Source: an uncultured Acidobacteriota bacterium (GTDB lineage: Bacteria; Acidobacteriota; UBA6911). From it: a DNA stretch of 64,000 nt. This document shows positions 9,225 through 17,312 of the stretch, piece by piece. Below the pieces are notes generated by a model that saw only the letters and a program-made list of their open reading frames with translations, did not search any database and was not told the DNA's origin. The stretch is taken from positions 281,608 through 345,607 of the forward strand of contig CAVZBT010000010.1 in assembly GCA_963773605.1 (NCBI GenBank). The letters are read 5' to 3'. A program made the translations under genes and the position numbers. Within the stretch, counting starts at the first letter, position 1. The number at the start of each line of letters is the position of its first letter.

Positions 9225-12128
9225 ATGGCCGTCAAAGTTCGGTCTGTCCTACTCAATGCCCCGGCCCGTCCTGGCTTCCGGCTTCTGCCTTTCGGCTTCC
9301 GGCTTCTGCCTTTGGCCTTCATGCTCCTCCAGGCGCCGGCGGTTGTGGCGCAGCCCGACGTGATCTCTCTTGCCGGGCGGTGGCGTTTTTCCCTCGACCG
9401 CGACGATCGCGGGCTCCAGGAGCGCATGTTCGAGACTGCGCTGCCCGGGGCAATCCGGCTGCCGGGGACACTTCCGGGGCAGGGCATCGGTGACGAGGTT
9501 ACGACTGCGACGCGGTGGACGGGGGACATCGTCGACCGCTCCTACTTCACCGAGCCCCAGTATGCGGAGTACAGGCGGCCGGGCAACATCAAGGTCCCCT
9601 TTTGGCTCCAGCCCGACCGGTATTATGCCGGGGTGGCGTGGTACCAGCGAAGCATCCGGGTGCCGTCACGCTGGAGCGGGAAACGGGTCGCCCTCCTGCT
9701 CGAGCGCCCGCACTGGGAGACGCGGGTGTGGCTGGACGGCAAGCCCGCCGGCGGCAACACGTCTCTCGGGACCCCGCACGAGTACGATCTCGGGACCAGG
9801 CTCGCTCCAGGGGGGCACACCCTCACGATCCGGGTGGACAACCGCATGGTGGTCGATGTGGGGGTGAATTCGCACAGCGTCTCCGACCACACGCAGGGAA
9901 ACTGGAACGGTATCGTCGGGCGAATCGAGTTGAGCGCGACCCCGCTCGTGTGGATCTCGGACCTGCAGGTGTTTCCTCATGTGGCCGCGAAATCCGTCAC
10001 GGTCAAGGGCCGCACCGGCAACGCCACCGGGAGCCCCGGCCGCGGCTCGGTGCGGATTGCGGTCCGCCGCGCGCCGCCGGGCGCGGGCGCAGGGATTGCC
10101 GCGCGCACGGTGGGTGTGTCGTGGGACTCCTCCGGCGGGACGTTCCAGGCGGAGATTCCGCTCGGCGCCTCCGCCGAAACCTGGGACGAATTCAACCCCG
10201 CGCTGTACGAGGCCACGGCTGCCCTCGGCCCGGAGGCACACGCGCGCTCCGCGACTTTCGGGATGCGCGAGATATCCACTCGAGGCACTCAGTTTGTGCT
10301 CAACGGCCGCAAGATATTTTTCCGGGGCACGCTCGAATGCGCCATCTTCCCGCTGACCGGCCACCCCCCGGTGGATGTCGAGTCCTGGCGGCGCATCATC
10401 CGTGCGGCAAAGGCGCACGGGCTGAACAATATCCGGTTCCACTCCTGGTGCCCGCCCGAGGCCGCGTTCGTTGCGGCCGACGAACTCGGGTTCTACCTGC
10501 ACGTGGAGTGTTCTTCGTGGGCGAACGGCTCGACCGGTCTGGGAGACGGCCGTCCCGTCGACCGCTGGATCTATGAAGAGGCGGACCGGATCCTCGCCGC
10601 CTACGGCAATCACCCTTCGTTCCTGCTCATGCCGTACGGGAACGAGCCGGGAGGCAAGAATCACGCGGCGTTCCTTTCCCGGTGGGTCGCACATTACCGG
10701 ACTGCCGACTCACGCCGCCTGTACACGAGCGGGGCCGGCTGGCCGCAGCTTCCCGAGAACCAGTTTCACGTGGCGCCGGACCCACGCGTCCAGGCCTGGG
10801 GCGCGGGCCTGAACTCCCGCATCAATGCACGCGCGCCCGAGACCCGGACCGACTACCGCGACTACATCGCCGGCCGGGCCGTCCCGGTGATCAGCCACGA
10901 GATAGGGCAATGGTGCGTCTACCCCGACTTCGAGGAGATGACGAAGTACACGGGGTATCTGAAGCCCAAAAATTTCGAGATTTTCCGCGACCGTTTGCGC
11001 AAAAAAGGGATGCTCGAACAGGCGCAGGCTTTCCTGATGGCATCCGGGAAACTGCAGACCCTCTGTTACAAGGAGGACATCGAGTCGGCGCTGCGGACCC
11101 CGGGGATGGGAGGCTTTCAGCTCCTCGACCTTCACGATTTCCCGGGGCAGGGGACCGCGCTCGTCGGCGTGCTCGACCCGTTCTGGGACTCGAAGGGATA
11201 CGTCACACCCGCCGAGTACAGCCGCTTCTGCAACAGCACCGTGCCGCTTGCGCGCCTGGCCAAGCGGGTGTTTACCACCGCCGAGCCGCTCGAGGCGCAG
11301 CTCGAGGTCACCCACTTCGGCCCCCGGCCGATTGCAGGGGCGGTCGCCGCCTGGAGCCTCGTCGACGAGGCCGGGAAAGCGCAGCGATCGGGCAAGCTGC
11401 CGGCCGCCGATGTGCCGGTGGACAGCGCCGTCGCCCTGGGCCCGATACGGGCGGACCTCGCCGGGTTGACCGCGCCGGCACATTTCAGGCTGGTTGCCGC
11501 CATTGAAGGCACCCCGTTCGAGAACGATTGGGACCTTTGGGTCTACCCTGCGACGCTGCCCGACCCCGGCGGTGCACGCGTCGCGATCGCACGGGAACTG
11601 GACGACGAGACGCTCGGGGCCCTTACCGCCGGCGGCAGGGTGCTGCTGCAGATACCGCCGGCGCGCGTGGCGCCGGACCCCGCCCTGGGCCCCGTCGCGC
11701 TCGGGTTTTCCAGCATTTTCTGGAACACCGCGTGGACGAAACGGCAGGCGCCGCACACGCTCGGCATACTGTGCGACCCGCACAACCCCGCCCTGGCCGA
11801 TTTCCCCACTGAGTACCACAGCAACTGGCAATGGTGGTACCTGGTCAGCAGCGCGGGGGCGATGATCCTGGACCACCTGCCTCGCGGGCTGAACCCGATC
11901 GTGCAGGTGATCGATGACTGGTTTACCGCGCGGAGACTCGGCCTGGTTTTCGAGGCCAGGGTCGGCAAGGGGAAGCTCGTCGTCTGCAGCGTCGATCTGG
12001 AGAGCGGGTTCGAAAACAACCCTGTAGCGCGTCAATTGCGGTACAGCCTGCTGCGTTATATGGCGGGGGAGGGCTTTTTGCCGGCCACTGAACTCACGCC
12101 GGCTCAAGTGCGAGCGCTGTACCGATGA
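9225..12128 (+). CDS. glycoside hydrolase family 2-like enzyme (beta-galactosidase/glucuronidase-type sugar-binding, Ig-like and TIM-barrel domains)
   Basis: 967-aa ORF. The N-terminal jelly-roll region (WYQRSIRVP...LLLERPHWETRVWLDG) and the TIM barrel (NNIRFHSWCPPE...NEPGG) resemble GH2. GGAGGA RBS 5 nt before the ATG. Confidence 0.8.
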   Translation: MAVKVRSVLLNAPARPGFRLLPFGFRLLPLAFMLLQAPAVVAQPDVISLAGRWRFSLDRDDRGLQERMFETALPGAIRLPGTLPGQGIGDEVTTATRWTGDIVDRSYFTEPQYAEYRRPGNIKVPFWLQPDRYYAGVAWYQRSIRVPSRWSGKRVALLLERPHWETRVWLDGKPAGGNTSLGTPHEYDLGTRLAPGGHTLTIRVDNRMVVDVGVNSHSVSDHTQGNWNGIVGRIELSATPLVWISDLQVFPHVAAKSVTVKGRTGNATGSPGRGSVRIAVRRAPPGAGAGIAARTVGVSWDSSGGTFQAEIPLGASAETWDEFNPALYEATAALGPEAHARSATFGMREISTRGTQFVLNGRKIFFRGTLECAIFPLTGHPPVDVESWRRIIRAAKAHGLNNIRFHSWCPPEAAFVAADELGFYLHVECSSWANGSTGLGDGRPVDRWIYEEADRILAAYGNHPSFLLMPYGNEPGGKNHAAFLSRWVAHYRTADSRRLYTSGAGWPQLPENQFHVAPDPRVQAWGAGLNSRINARAPETRTDYRDYIAGRAVPVISHEIGQWCVYPDFEEMTKYTGYLKPKNFEIFRDRLRKKGMLEQAQAFLMASGKLQTLCYKEDIESALRTPGMGGFQLLDLHDFPGQGTALVGVLDPFWDSKGYVTPAEYSRFCNSTVPLARLAKRVFTTAEPLEAQLEVTHFGPRPIAGAVAAWSLVDEAGKAQRSGKLPAADVPVDSAVALGPIRADLAGLTAPAHFRLVAAIEGTPFENDWDLWVYPATLPDPGGARVAIARELDDETLGALTAGGRVLLQIPPARVAPDPALGPVALGFSSIFWNTAWTKRQAPHTLGILCDPHNPALADFPTEYHSNWQWWYLVSSAGAMILDHLPRGLNPIVQVIDDWFTARRLGLVFEARVGKGKLVVCSVDLESGFENNPVARQLRYSLLRYMAGEGFLPATELTPAQVRALYR

Positions 12129-12130
12129 AC

Positions 12131-12165
12131 GGAAGCCAGAAGACGGAAGACGGAAGCCAGAAGAC
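12131..12165. repeat. GGAAGCC-type polypurine repeat arm (left arm flanking the four-helix-bundle gene)
   Basis: GGAAGCCAGAAGACGGAAGACGGAAGCCAGAAGAC lies immediately after the GH2 stop codon. Same unit family as 9021-9111. Confidence 0.85.
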
Positions 12166-12247
12166 AAATTCTCCCCCTGTCACGGATATGTTTTGAGGCG
12201 GCTGGAAACTACCTCGAGGGGGAAAACCTTTCGGGGGGGGAAATCAG

Positions 12248-12613
12248 ATGCGAGTTGCGGCAAGGACTTTTCGGGACTTGACGGTGTGGCAGCAATCCCA
12301 CCAGTTGGTTCTTGAAGTGTATCGATTTACGGCGGCGTTGCCGAAAACCGAAGCGTACGGTCTGATCCAGCAAATGAGACGGGCTGCGGTTTCCATCCCC
12401 GCCAACATAGCAGAAGGTTTCGCACGGCGCGGCAAAGCCGACAAAGCTCGCTTCATGAACATGGCCGAGAGCTCTCTCGAAGAATGCCGGTACTATCTGA
12501 TCCTGTCCCGGGATCTGAGCTACGGTTCAACGGACACCCTTATGAGCTCGCTGGAGGAGCTCAGCCGGAAGTTGAACGCCTACACGCGTGCCATTCTGGA
12601 TTCGCAAACCTGA
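12248..12613 (+). CDS. four-helix-bundle protein (23S rRNA intervening-sequence protein family, Avd-like fold)
   Basis: 121 aa with the family hallmarks FRDLxVWQxSHxLVLEVY...QMRRAAVSIPANIAEG...SLxEcxYYL. Confidence 0.9.
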   Translation: MRVAARTFRDLTVWQQSHQLVLEVYRFTAALPKTEAYGLIQQMRRAAVSIPANIAEGFARRGKADKARFMNMAESSLEECRYYLILSRDLSYGSTDTLMSSLEELSRKLNAYTRAILDSQT

Positions 12614-12625
12614 ACCGCACGTTGT

Positions 12626-12676
12626 CTTTCTTCCGGCTTCTGGCTTCCGCTTTCCGGCTTCCGTCTTCCGCTTCCT
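12626..12676. repeat. GGCTTCC-type polypyrimidine repeat arm (right arm flanking the four-helix-bundle gene)
   Basis: CTTTCTTCCGGCTTCTGGCTTCCGCTTTCCGGCTTCCGTCTTCCGCTTCC. Its reverse complement shares GGAAGCCAGAAG and GAAGACGGAAG blocks with 12131-12165. Confidence 0.85.
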
Positions 12677-13271
12677 ACTTGATCCTGACGTCCTTGATGG
12701 TGATCGGCTGGAGCGGGACGTTGTTGTAGGAGCCCTTGGACCCCGTCGGGACGCCCTCGATCTGTTCGACGACGTCCATGCCCGCGGTCACCTTGCCGAA
12801 AACGGCGTAACCGAAGTCGGCCGGGGCGGCCCCGCGGTGATCCAGCGGGCCGTTGTCGACGGTATTAATGAAGAACTGCGCGGTCGCGCTGTTGACTTCT
12901 CCGGTGCGCGCCATCGCCAGGGTGCCGCGTTTGTTCTTCAGGCCGTTGCCCGCCTCGTTGGCGATCGGGGGCAGGGTGGGTTTCCTCTTCATGTCCTCGG
13001 TAAAGCCGCCCCCCTGGATCATGAAGCCTTTGATCACGCGATGAAAGATGGTCCCCTTGTAGAATCCCACCTTGCAGTAGGCGAGGAAATTCTCGACCGA
13101 CTTGGGGGCCTTGTCCTGAAACAGTTCCGCCGTGATGTTGCCACGGTTCGTTTCGATGACGACGACGGGATTGGCGCCCTGAGCCCTGGCCATGCCGGTG
13201 AATCCCGCCATCAGCGCCAGGCAGAGTGTGGTAATGGAAAGTGCCGCTGCAGTCTTTTTGCTCAATGCCAT
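12675..13271 (-). CDS. secreted cyclophilin-type peptidyl-prolyl cis-trans isomerase
   Basis: 198 aa. Signal peptide. Cyclophilin motifs FHRVIKGFMIQGGGF and GTLAMAR. GGAGG RBS. Confidence 0.9.
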   Translation of the reverse strand: MALSKKTAAALSITTLCLALMAGFTGMARAQGANPVVVIETNRGNITAELFQDKAPKSVENFLAYCKVGFYKGTIFHRVIKGFMIQGGGFTEDMKRKPTLPPIANEAGNGLKNKRGTLAMARTGEVNSATAQFFINTVDNGPLDHRGAAPADFGYAVFGKVTAGMDVVEQIEGVPTGSKGSYNNVPLQPITIKDVRIK

Positions 13272-13391
13272 GATGCCTCCGGTTCGGTTGTGAACCGCAT
13301 CATAATACTCGAGCGCCCGCCCGATTGCACCGGCGAGTTAGCCGTTTCCCTGCGGCACGATAACCGCCTATAATCGTCGCGGGGCCACGGC

Positions 13392-14390
13392 ATGAAACAG
13401 ATCTCGATCATCGGCGCCGGAAACTGGGGGACCGCCCTGGCCGTCGCGCTGGCCCGCACAGGGCGTCCGGTGCGGCTCTGGGGCTTCGAGCGCGAGGTCG
13501 TCGAAAGCATCCGGCTCCGCCGGGAGAACGAGCTTTACATGCCCGGGGTGACCGTTCCGCCCAGCGTGATGGCCACGGGTGACCTGGGTGAAGCGCTGGC
13601 CGGCGTCGAGATCGTCCTCACCGTGATGCCCTCGCACATCTGCCGGGGCCTCTTCCGGCAGATGCTCCCGCACCTGCGCCCCGAGATGGTTTTCGTCAGC
13701 GCCACGAAAGGGATCGAGACCGAGAGCCTGATGCGGATGAGCGAGGTCATCGGTGCGGTCGTGCGCGACCGGTTCGAGCCGCACCTGTCGGTGCTCTCGG
13801 GCCCGAGCTTTGCGCGCGAAGTGGCGCGGGGCGACCCGACGGCCGTGGTCGTTGCGGCGGTCGACCGGCACGTGGCCAGCCTGGTTCAGCGGGAATTTTC
13901 CTCAACGACGCTGCGGCTGTACTCCTCATCGGATGTGACGGGGGTGGAGCTCGGGGGCGCTGTCAAGAATGTCATCGCGATCGCGGCCGGCGTGATCCAC
14001 GGGTTGGGCCTCGGCCACAACCCCACGGCGGCGCTGTTGACGCGCGGTCTTGCGGAGATCACCCGGCTCGCCTGCGCGTGCGGGGCGCGGCGCGAAACCA
14101 TGTCGGGGCTGGCCGGCATGGGCGACCTTGCCCTGACATGCACCGGGGACCTCAGCCGCAACCGCATGGTCGGGATGGAACTCGGGCGGGGCGCGAAACT
14201 GGCCGATATCGTCGCCTCGATGCGGATGGTGGCCGAGGGGATAAAGACGACCAAAGCCACAGTCCGACTCGCGGAGAAGCACGGGGTGGAGGTGCCGATC
14301 ACAAACCAGGTCAACCGCATCCTGGAAGGCGACATTTCGCCGTGCGAGGCGATCCGCGAGCTGATGGAACGTTCCCTGAAGGAAGAATAG
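13392..14390 (+). CDS. gpsA: NAD(P)H-dependent glycerol-3-phosphate dehydrogenase
   Basis: 332 aa. N-terminal IIGAGNWGTALA Rossmann motif. Conserved GVELGGAVKNVIAIAAG and GDLxLTC blocks. Confidence 0.95.
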   Translation: MKQISIIGAGNWGTALAVALARTGRPVRLWGFEREVVESIRLRRENELYMPGVTVPPSVMATGDLGEALAGVEIVLTVMPSHICRGLFRQMLPHLRPEMVFVSATKGIETESLMRMSEVIGAVVRDRFEPHLSVLSGPSFAREVARGDPTAVVVAAVDRHVASLVQREFSSTTLRLYSSSDVTGVELGGAVKNVIAIAAGVIHGLGLGHNPTAALLTRGLAEITRLACACGARRETMSGLAGMGDLALTCTGDLSRNRMVGMELGRGAKLADIVASMRMVAEGIKTTKATVRLAEKHGVEVPITNQVNRILEGDISPCEAIRELMERSLKEE

Positions 14391-14579
14391 CCAAAGCAGT
14401 AGACGGGGAGGCCCCGCCCCCCGAATGGGCTGCAACCGGCGCCGGCTCGACGACGGCGAGCTGAGTCTGTTCCGCAGCCACAGCCGTGAGCGAAACGGTG
14501 GGGGCGCGCGGGTGCTGGCGGCGCTTGCTGGGTTGTCACTCACCGGGAGCGGGGGTCGTGGCGACCCGCCCACTTCGCG

Positions 14580-14942
14580 ATGGAGGAGCGCATGGAACGA
14601 AAGGTCGTGGTGCTGGTGCGGCAGGCAGGCCTCGGAGTGGTGCGTCCCGAGGACGGGGAGTTTGGTGAATCGATGTTCGAAAAATTCCTGCACTCGCTGG
14701 AAAGTCAGCCGGTCAAGCCGCGGGCGATCTGTTTCTACACGGAAGGGGTAAGGCTTGCGTGTCGCGGCTCGTCCGTGCTCTTCGCCCTGAGGCTGCTCGA
14801 GGGGATGGGGGTGCGCATCGTGCTTTGCAGTTCGTGCCTGGACCGCTTCGGGTTGAGGGAGAGCGTGGAAATCGGCGAAGTGGGCGGGATGCAGGAAATC
14901 TCCGGGCTGCTGATGTCCGCCGACAGCGTCGTGACCGTGTGA
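14580..14942 (+). CDS. DsrE/DsrF-like family protein
   Basis: About 120 aa. KVVVLVRQAGLG...AICFYTEGV...GVRIVLCSSCLD pattern resembles DsrE-family proteins. An alternative start at the ATG at 14592 lies just after GGAGGA. Confidence 0.55.
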   Translation: MEERMERKVVVLVRQAGLGVVRPEDGEFGESMFEKFLHSLESQPVKPRAICFYTEGVRLACRGSSVLFALRLLEGMGVRIVLCSSCLDRFGLRESVEIGEVGGMQEISGLLMSADSVVTV

Positions 14943-14997
14943 GGAAGCATAAGGGAAGCCGAAGCGGAAACGCTGAGAACAAGGTCCGTTTTGTCCT

Positions 14998-15423
14998 TTA
15001 ACGCTCTTCGTCCGGCTCGTCGCGCAACCGGTCCTGGTAGTCCTCGGACGACGCAGGGTCGAACTCCCACCTTTTGCGGTCGCGTTCCTGTAGTTTTTCC
15101 GCCGAACGCAGCGGTTCGTTGTCCTCGTAGTTGATCCCGACCGCGTTGGCCAATTCCTCTGCAATATCCTGGTCCGGCGTGGGATTCTGGCCGCCGACCG
15201 ACTCCTCACCCACATCGGATCGCTCCCATTCCGCGTCGAGATCCCCTCCCGAGAGTTGAGGCGTCATGGAGTGGTGCTCCCGGAGCTTGCGGGCGAGCTG
15301 TTTCGGTCCGGATCCCGCGAGTTTCTGGGCCTCGTCGAATTCCCATTCGATTTCAGGATCGACGGGATCGTTCGAGCTTTCCGCTCTCCCTGCGTCGATG
15401 ACCCTTTTGTCTTCCTTTCCCAT
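14998..15423 (-). CDS. small acidic hypothetical protein
   Basis: 141-aa protein-like C-terminal part of a longer ORF. Starts at MGKEDKR (ATG at 15423) behind a GGGAGGA RBS. The upstream part of the ORF track runs through the repeat array and is not coding. Confidence 0.55.
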   Translation of the reverse strand: MGKEDKRVIDAGRAESSNDPVDPEIEWEFDEAQKLAGSGPKQLARKLREHHSMTPQLSGGDLDAEWERSDVGEESVGGQNPTPDQDIAEELANAVGINYEDNEPLRSAEKLQERDRKRWEFDPASSEDYQDRLRDEPDEER

Positions 15424-15475
15424 AGGTCCTCCCTGCTCCGGATCATATGCAACTCCCGTGCCCGATCGAAATCCG

Positions 15476-15630
15476 GTAGGCGGCTGCGCAAGGTCGGCGC
15501 CTAGGCGCCGACCGCAAAGCGGCGTCGAGCCGCCGCACTCCAAAGTATGGAGTGCGGTGCCTGGGCACCGCTGTCTGGGTTTGGCTGGACCGGCAGGCGG
15601 GTGCGCAAGGTCGGCGCGCCGACCCGAAAG
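15476..15630. repeat. composite palindromic (REP-like) repeat array, part upstream of the intron
   Basis: The unit contains the nested palindromes GGTCGGCGCC-TAG-GCGCCGACC, CCGCACTCC-AAAGTAT-GGAGTGCGG and GGTGCC-TG-GGCACC. It is the same unit as in 16594-17100. Confidence 0.9.
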
Positions 15631-16593
15631 GTGTGCCGAGCATGTACGACAGCTCGGAAGTGAAAGTCTTCCACCAACCTGATGGAGGTGAAGGGTAGCA
15701 GAGCGCAAGGGCGCCCGCCGCGAGGCGGGGTCTGAAAGAAGCGCCGAGCAAAAGCACGAGCCGATGGACAAAAACCGGATGAGGCGGGTAGCGCCGGACG
15801 AGCGGCCCTTTGACCGCAAAGTCCATATCCATCAAGGGCGCCGCACGTAGATCCGGCGGTTGTGTGCGGAAGGCGGTCGTACTTACCTCGGGAGGTCTGC
15901 ACGTGTTCTGGGGGACCAGAACTGAGAGATCCGTGAGGGTCCCTGACCGCGATGCAGAAGTCAGCAGACGGCATAGTAAGAGGCGGCAGTCGGATCACTC
16001 GACCGGGGCACTCACCCGAAAGGGGAGAAACAGTAGGGGTCGCGGAACCGGGAACGCGCTGATGAAGGCCCGAACGGCTCCCTTCTGGGAAGAAGGGTAA
16101 ATGGTGACGCGAGTAGGGACAGGGACTCATGGGCAGAAAGCGGCAGAAGAACCAGCTTGAGCTGGCCTTCACGGCAGAGACGAGGGGTGAAGCCCCGGCG
16201 CCTGGCGGAAGGGTCGAACTGCACATGGTGAAACAGGAGCCGGAAAGCGAAGGCAGCCCGGAGCGGCTGATGGAGGGGGTATGTGAGCCGGAGAATCTGA
16301 GAAGGGCGTTGAAACGAGTGCAGGCCAACAAGGGGGCACCGGGAATCGACGGCATAACGGTCGAGGAGTTGCCGAACTACCTGAAGAAGAACTGGCCCAG
16401 ACATCGGGAAGAGCTGCTCGAAGGGACCTACAGGCCGAAACCTGCGCGAAGGATGCCGAACGCCTACTTCGATTCGCTGGGCCTCCCGCGCTTAGTTGCT
16501 CTATACGGTCGCTAACCAGCCGAATCGCCGTGTACGGACCCGTACGCACGGTGGTGTGACAGGGACAGCGGGCGACCGCCTACCTATGTCGAT
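15631..16593 (+). mobile_element. class C (IIC) group II intron, ORF-deleted derivative
   Basis: The 5' end GUGUGCCGAGCAUG and the internal CAGAAGUCAGCAGA block closely resemble the Oceanobacillus iheyensis IIC intron as I recall it. Domain V at about 16524-16555 (AAUCGCCGUGUACGGACCCGUACGCACGGUGGUGUG) has a 2-nt bulge and the IIC-type CGC triad. The flanks rejoin to an intact repeat unit. Confidence 0.8.
16129..16515 (+). pseudogene. internally deleted group II intron reverse transcriptase/maturase (IEP) remnant
   Basis: The N-terminus ...ENLRRALKRVQANKGAPGIDGITVEEL...LLEGTYRPKP (RT0/RT1) is fused directly to the typical IEP C-terminal tail PNAYFDSLGLPRL. The RT2-7, X and En regions are missing. 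Confidence 0.85.
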
Positions 16594-17100
16594 CGGCGTC
16601 GAGCCGCCGCACTCCAAATGTGGAGTGCGGTGCCTGGGCAGTCGAGCCGCCGCACTCCACACAAGTTGGTTTGGCTGGGCGACGGTATTGCCCTCCGCAT
16701 TATTTGGAGAGGGTGCGGTGCCTCGGCACCGCTTTCGCGGTTGCACTGTATCGGTAGGTGCGGCCGAAGTGCGGCGTCGAGCCCGCCTGCGGCACCGCTG
16801 TCTGGGTTTGGCTGGACCGGCAAGCAGGTGCGCAAGGTCGGCGCCTAGGCGCCGACCCCAAAGCGGCGTCGAGCCGCCGCACTCCAAAATATGGAGTGCG
16901 GTGCCTGGGCACCGCTGTCTGGGTTTAGCTGGACCGGCAGGCAGCTCCGCAAGGTCGGCGCCTAGGCGCCGACCGCAAAGCGGCGTCGAGCCGCCGCACT
17001 CCAAAGTATGGAGTGCGGTGCCTGGGCACCGCTGTCTGAGTTTCGCCGGACTGGCAAGCAGGTGCGCAAGGTCGGCGCCTGGGCGCCGCACTCCGGAGTG
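16594..17100. repeat. tandem array (about 4 units of roughly 125 bp, one degenerate) of the composite palindromic REP-like repeat
   Basis: Repeated CGTCGAGCCGCCGCACTCCAAA(G/A)TATGGAGTGCGGTGCCTGGGCACCGCTGTCTGGGTTTGGCTGGACCGGCAGGC.GGTGCGCAAGGTCGGCGCCTAGGCGCCGACC.CAAAGCGG. Confidence 0.9.
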
Positions 17101-17312
17101 CTGATGCAAATTTTCCCGCCAGTGCGGCCGCGCTGCCGCGGAGCTGTCCCGCGCTGGTTGTTCTGCAAACCCGGTCAATCAACTACTTTCTTGGAGCCTT
17201 GGATCCCCCGGCGACTTTTGGGTCAGGCGCTTGCATGGAGGGTGGCCCTTGGGGCCGAGGTGGCTGTTCGGCGGAGAGTGAAGGGCTCGACGCCGAAGGA
17301 AAGGACGGGTCA

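Noticed and set aside
12248-12613. The four-helix-bundle gene as the Avd component of a diversity-generating retroelement
   Set aside because: No DGR-type reverse transcriptase or TR/VR repeat pair is nearby. The only RT sequence in the window is the deleted group II intron IEP 3.5 kb away, which is a different RT class.
15476-17100. Possible CRISPR array, because of regularly repeated palindromic sequence
   Set aside because: The roughly 125-bp units abut each other without unique spacers, the repeats are composite palindromes also found singly elsewhere, and no cas genes are present. It is a REP-like tandem array interrupted by an intron.
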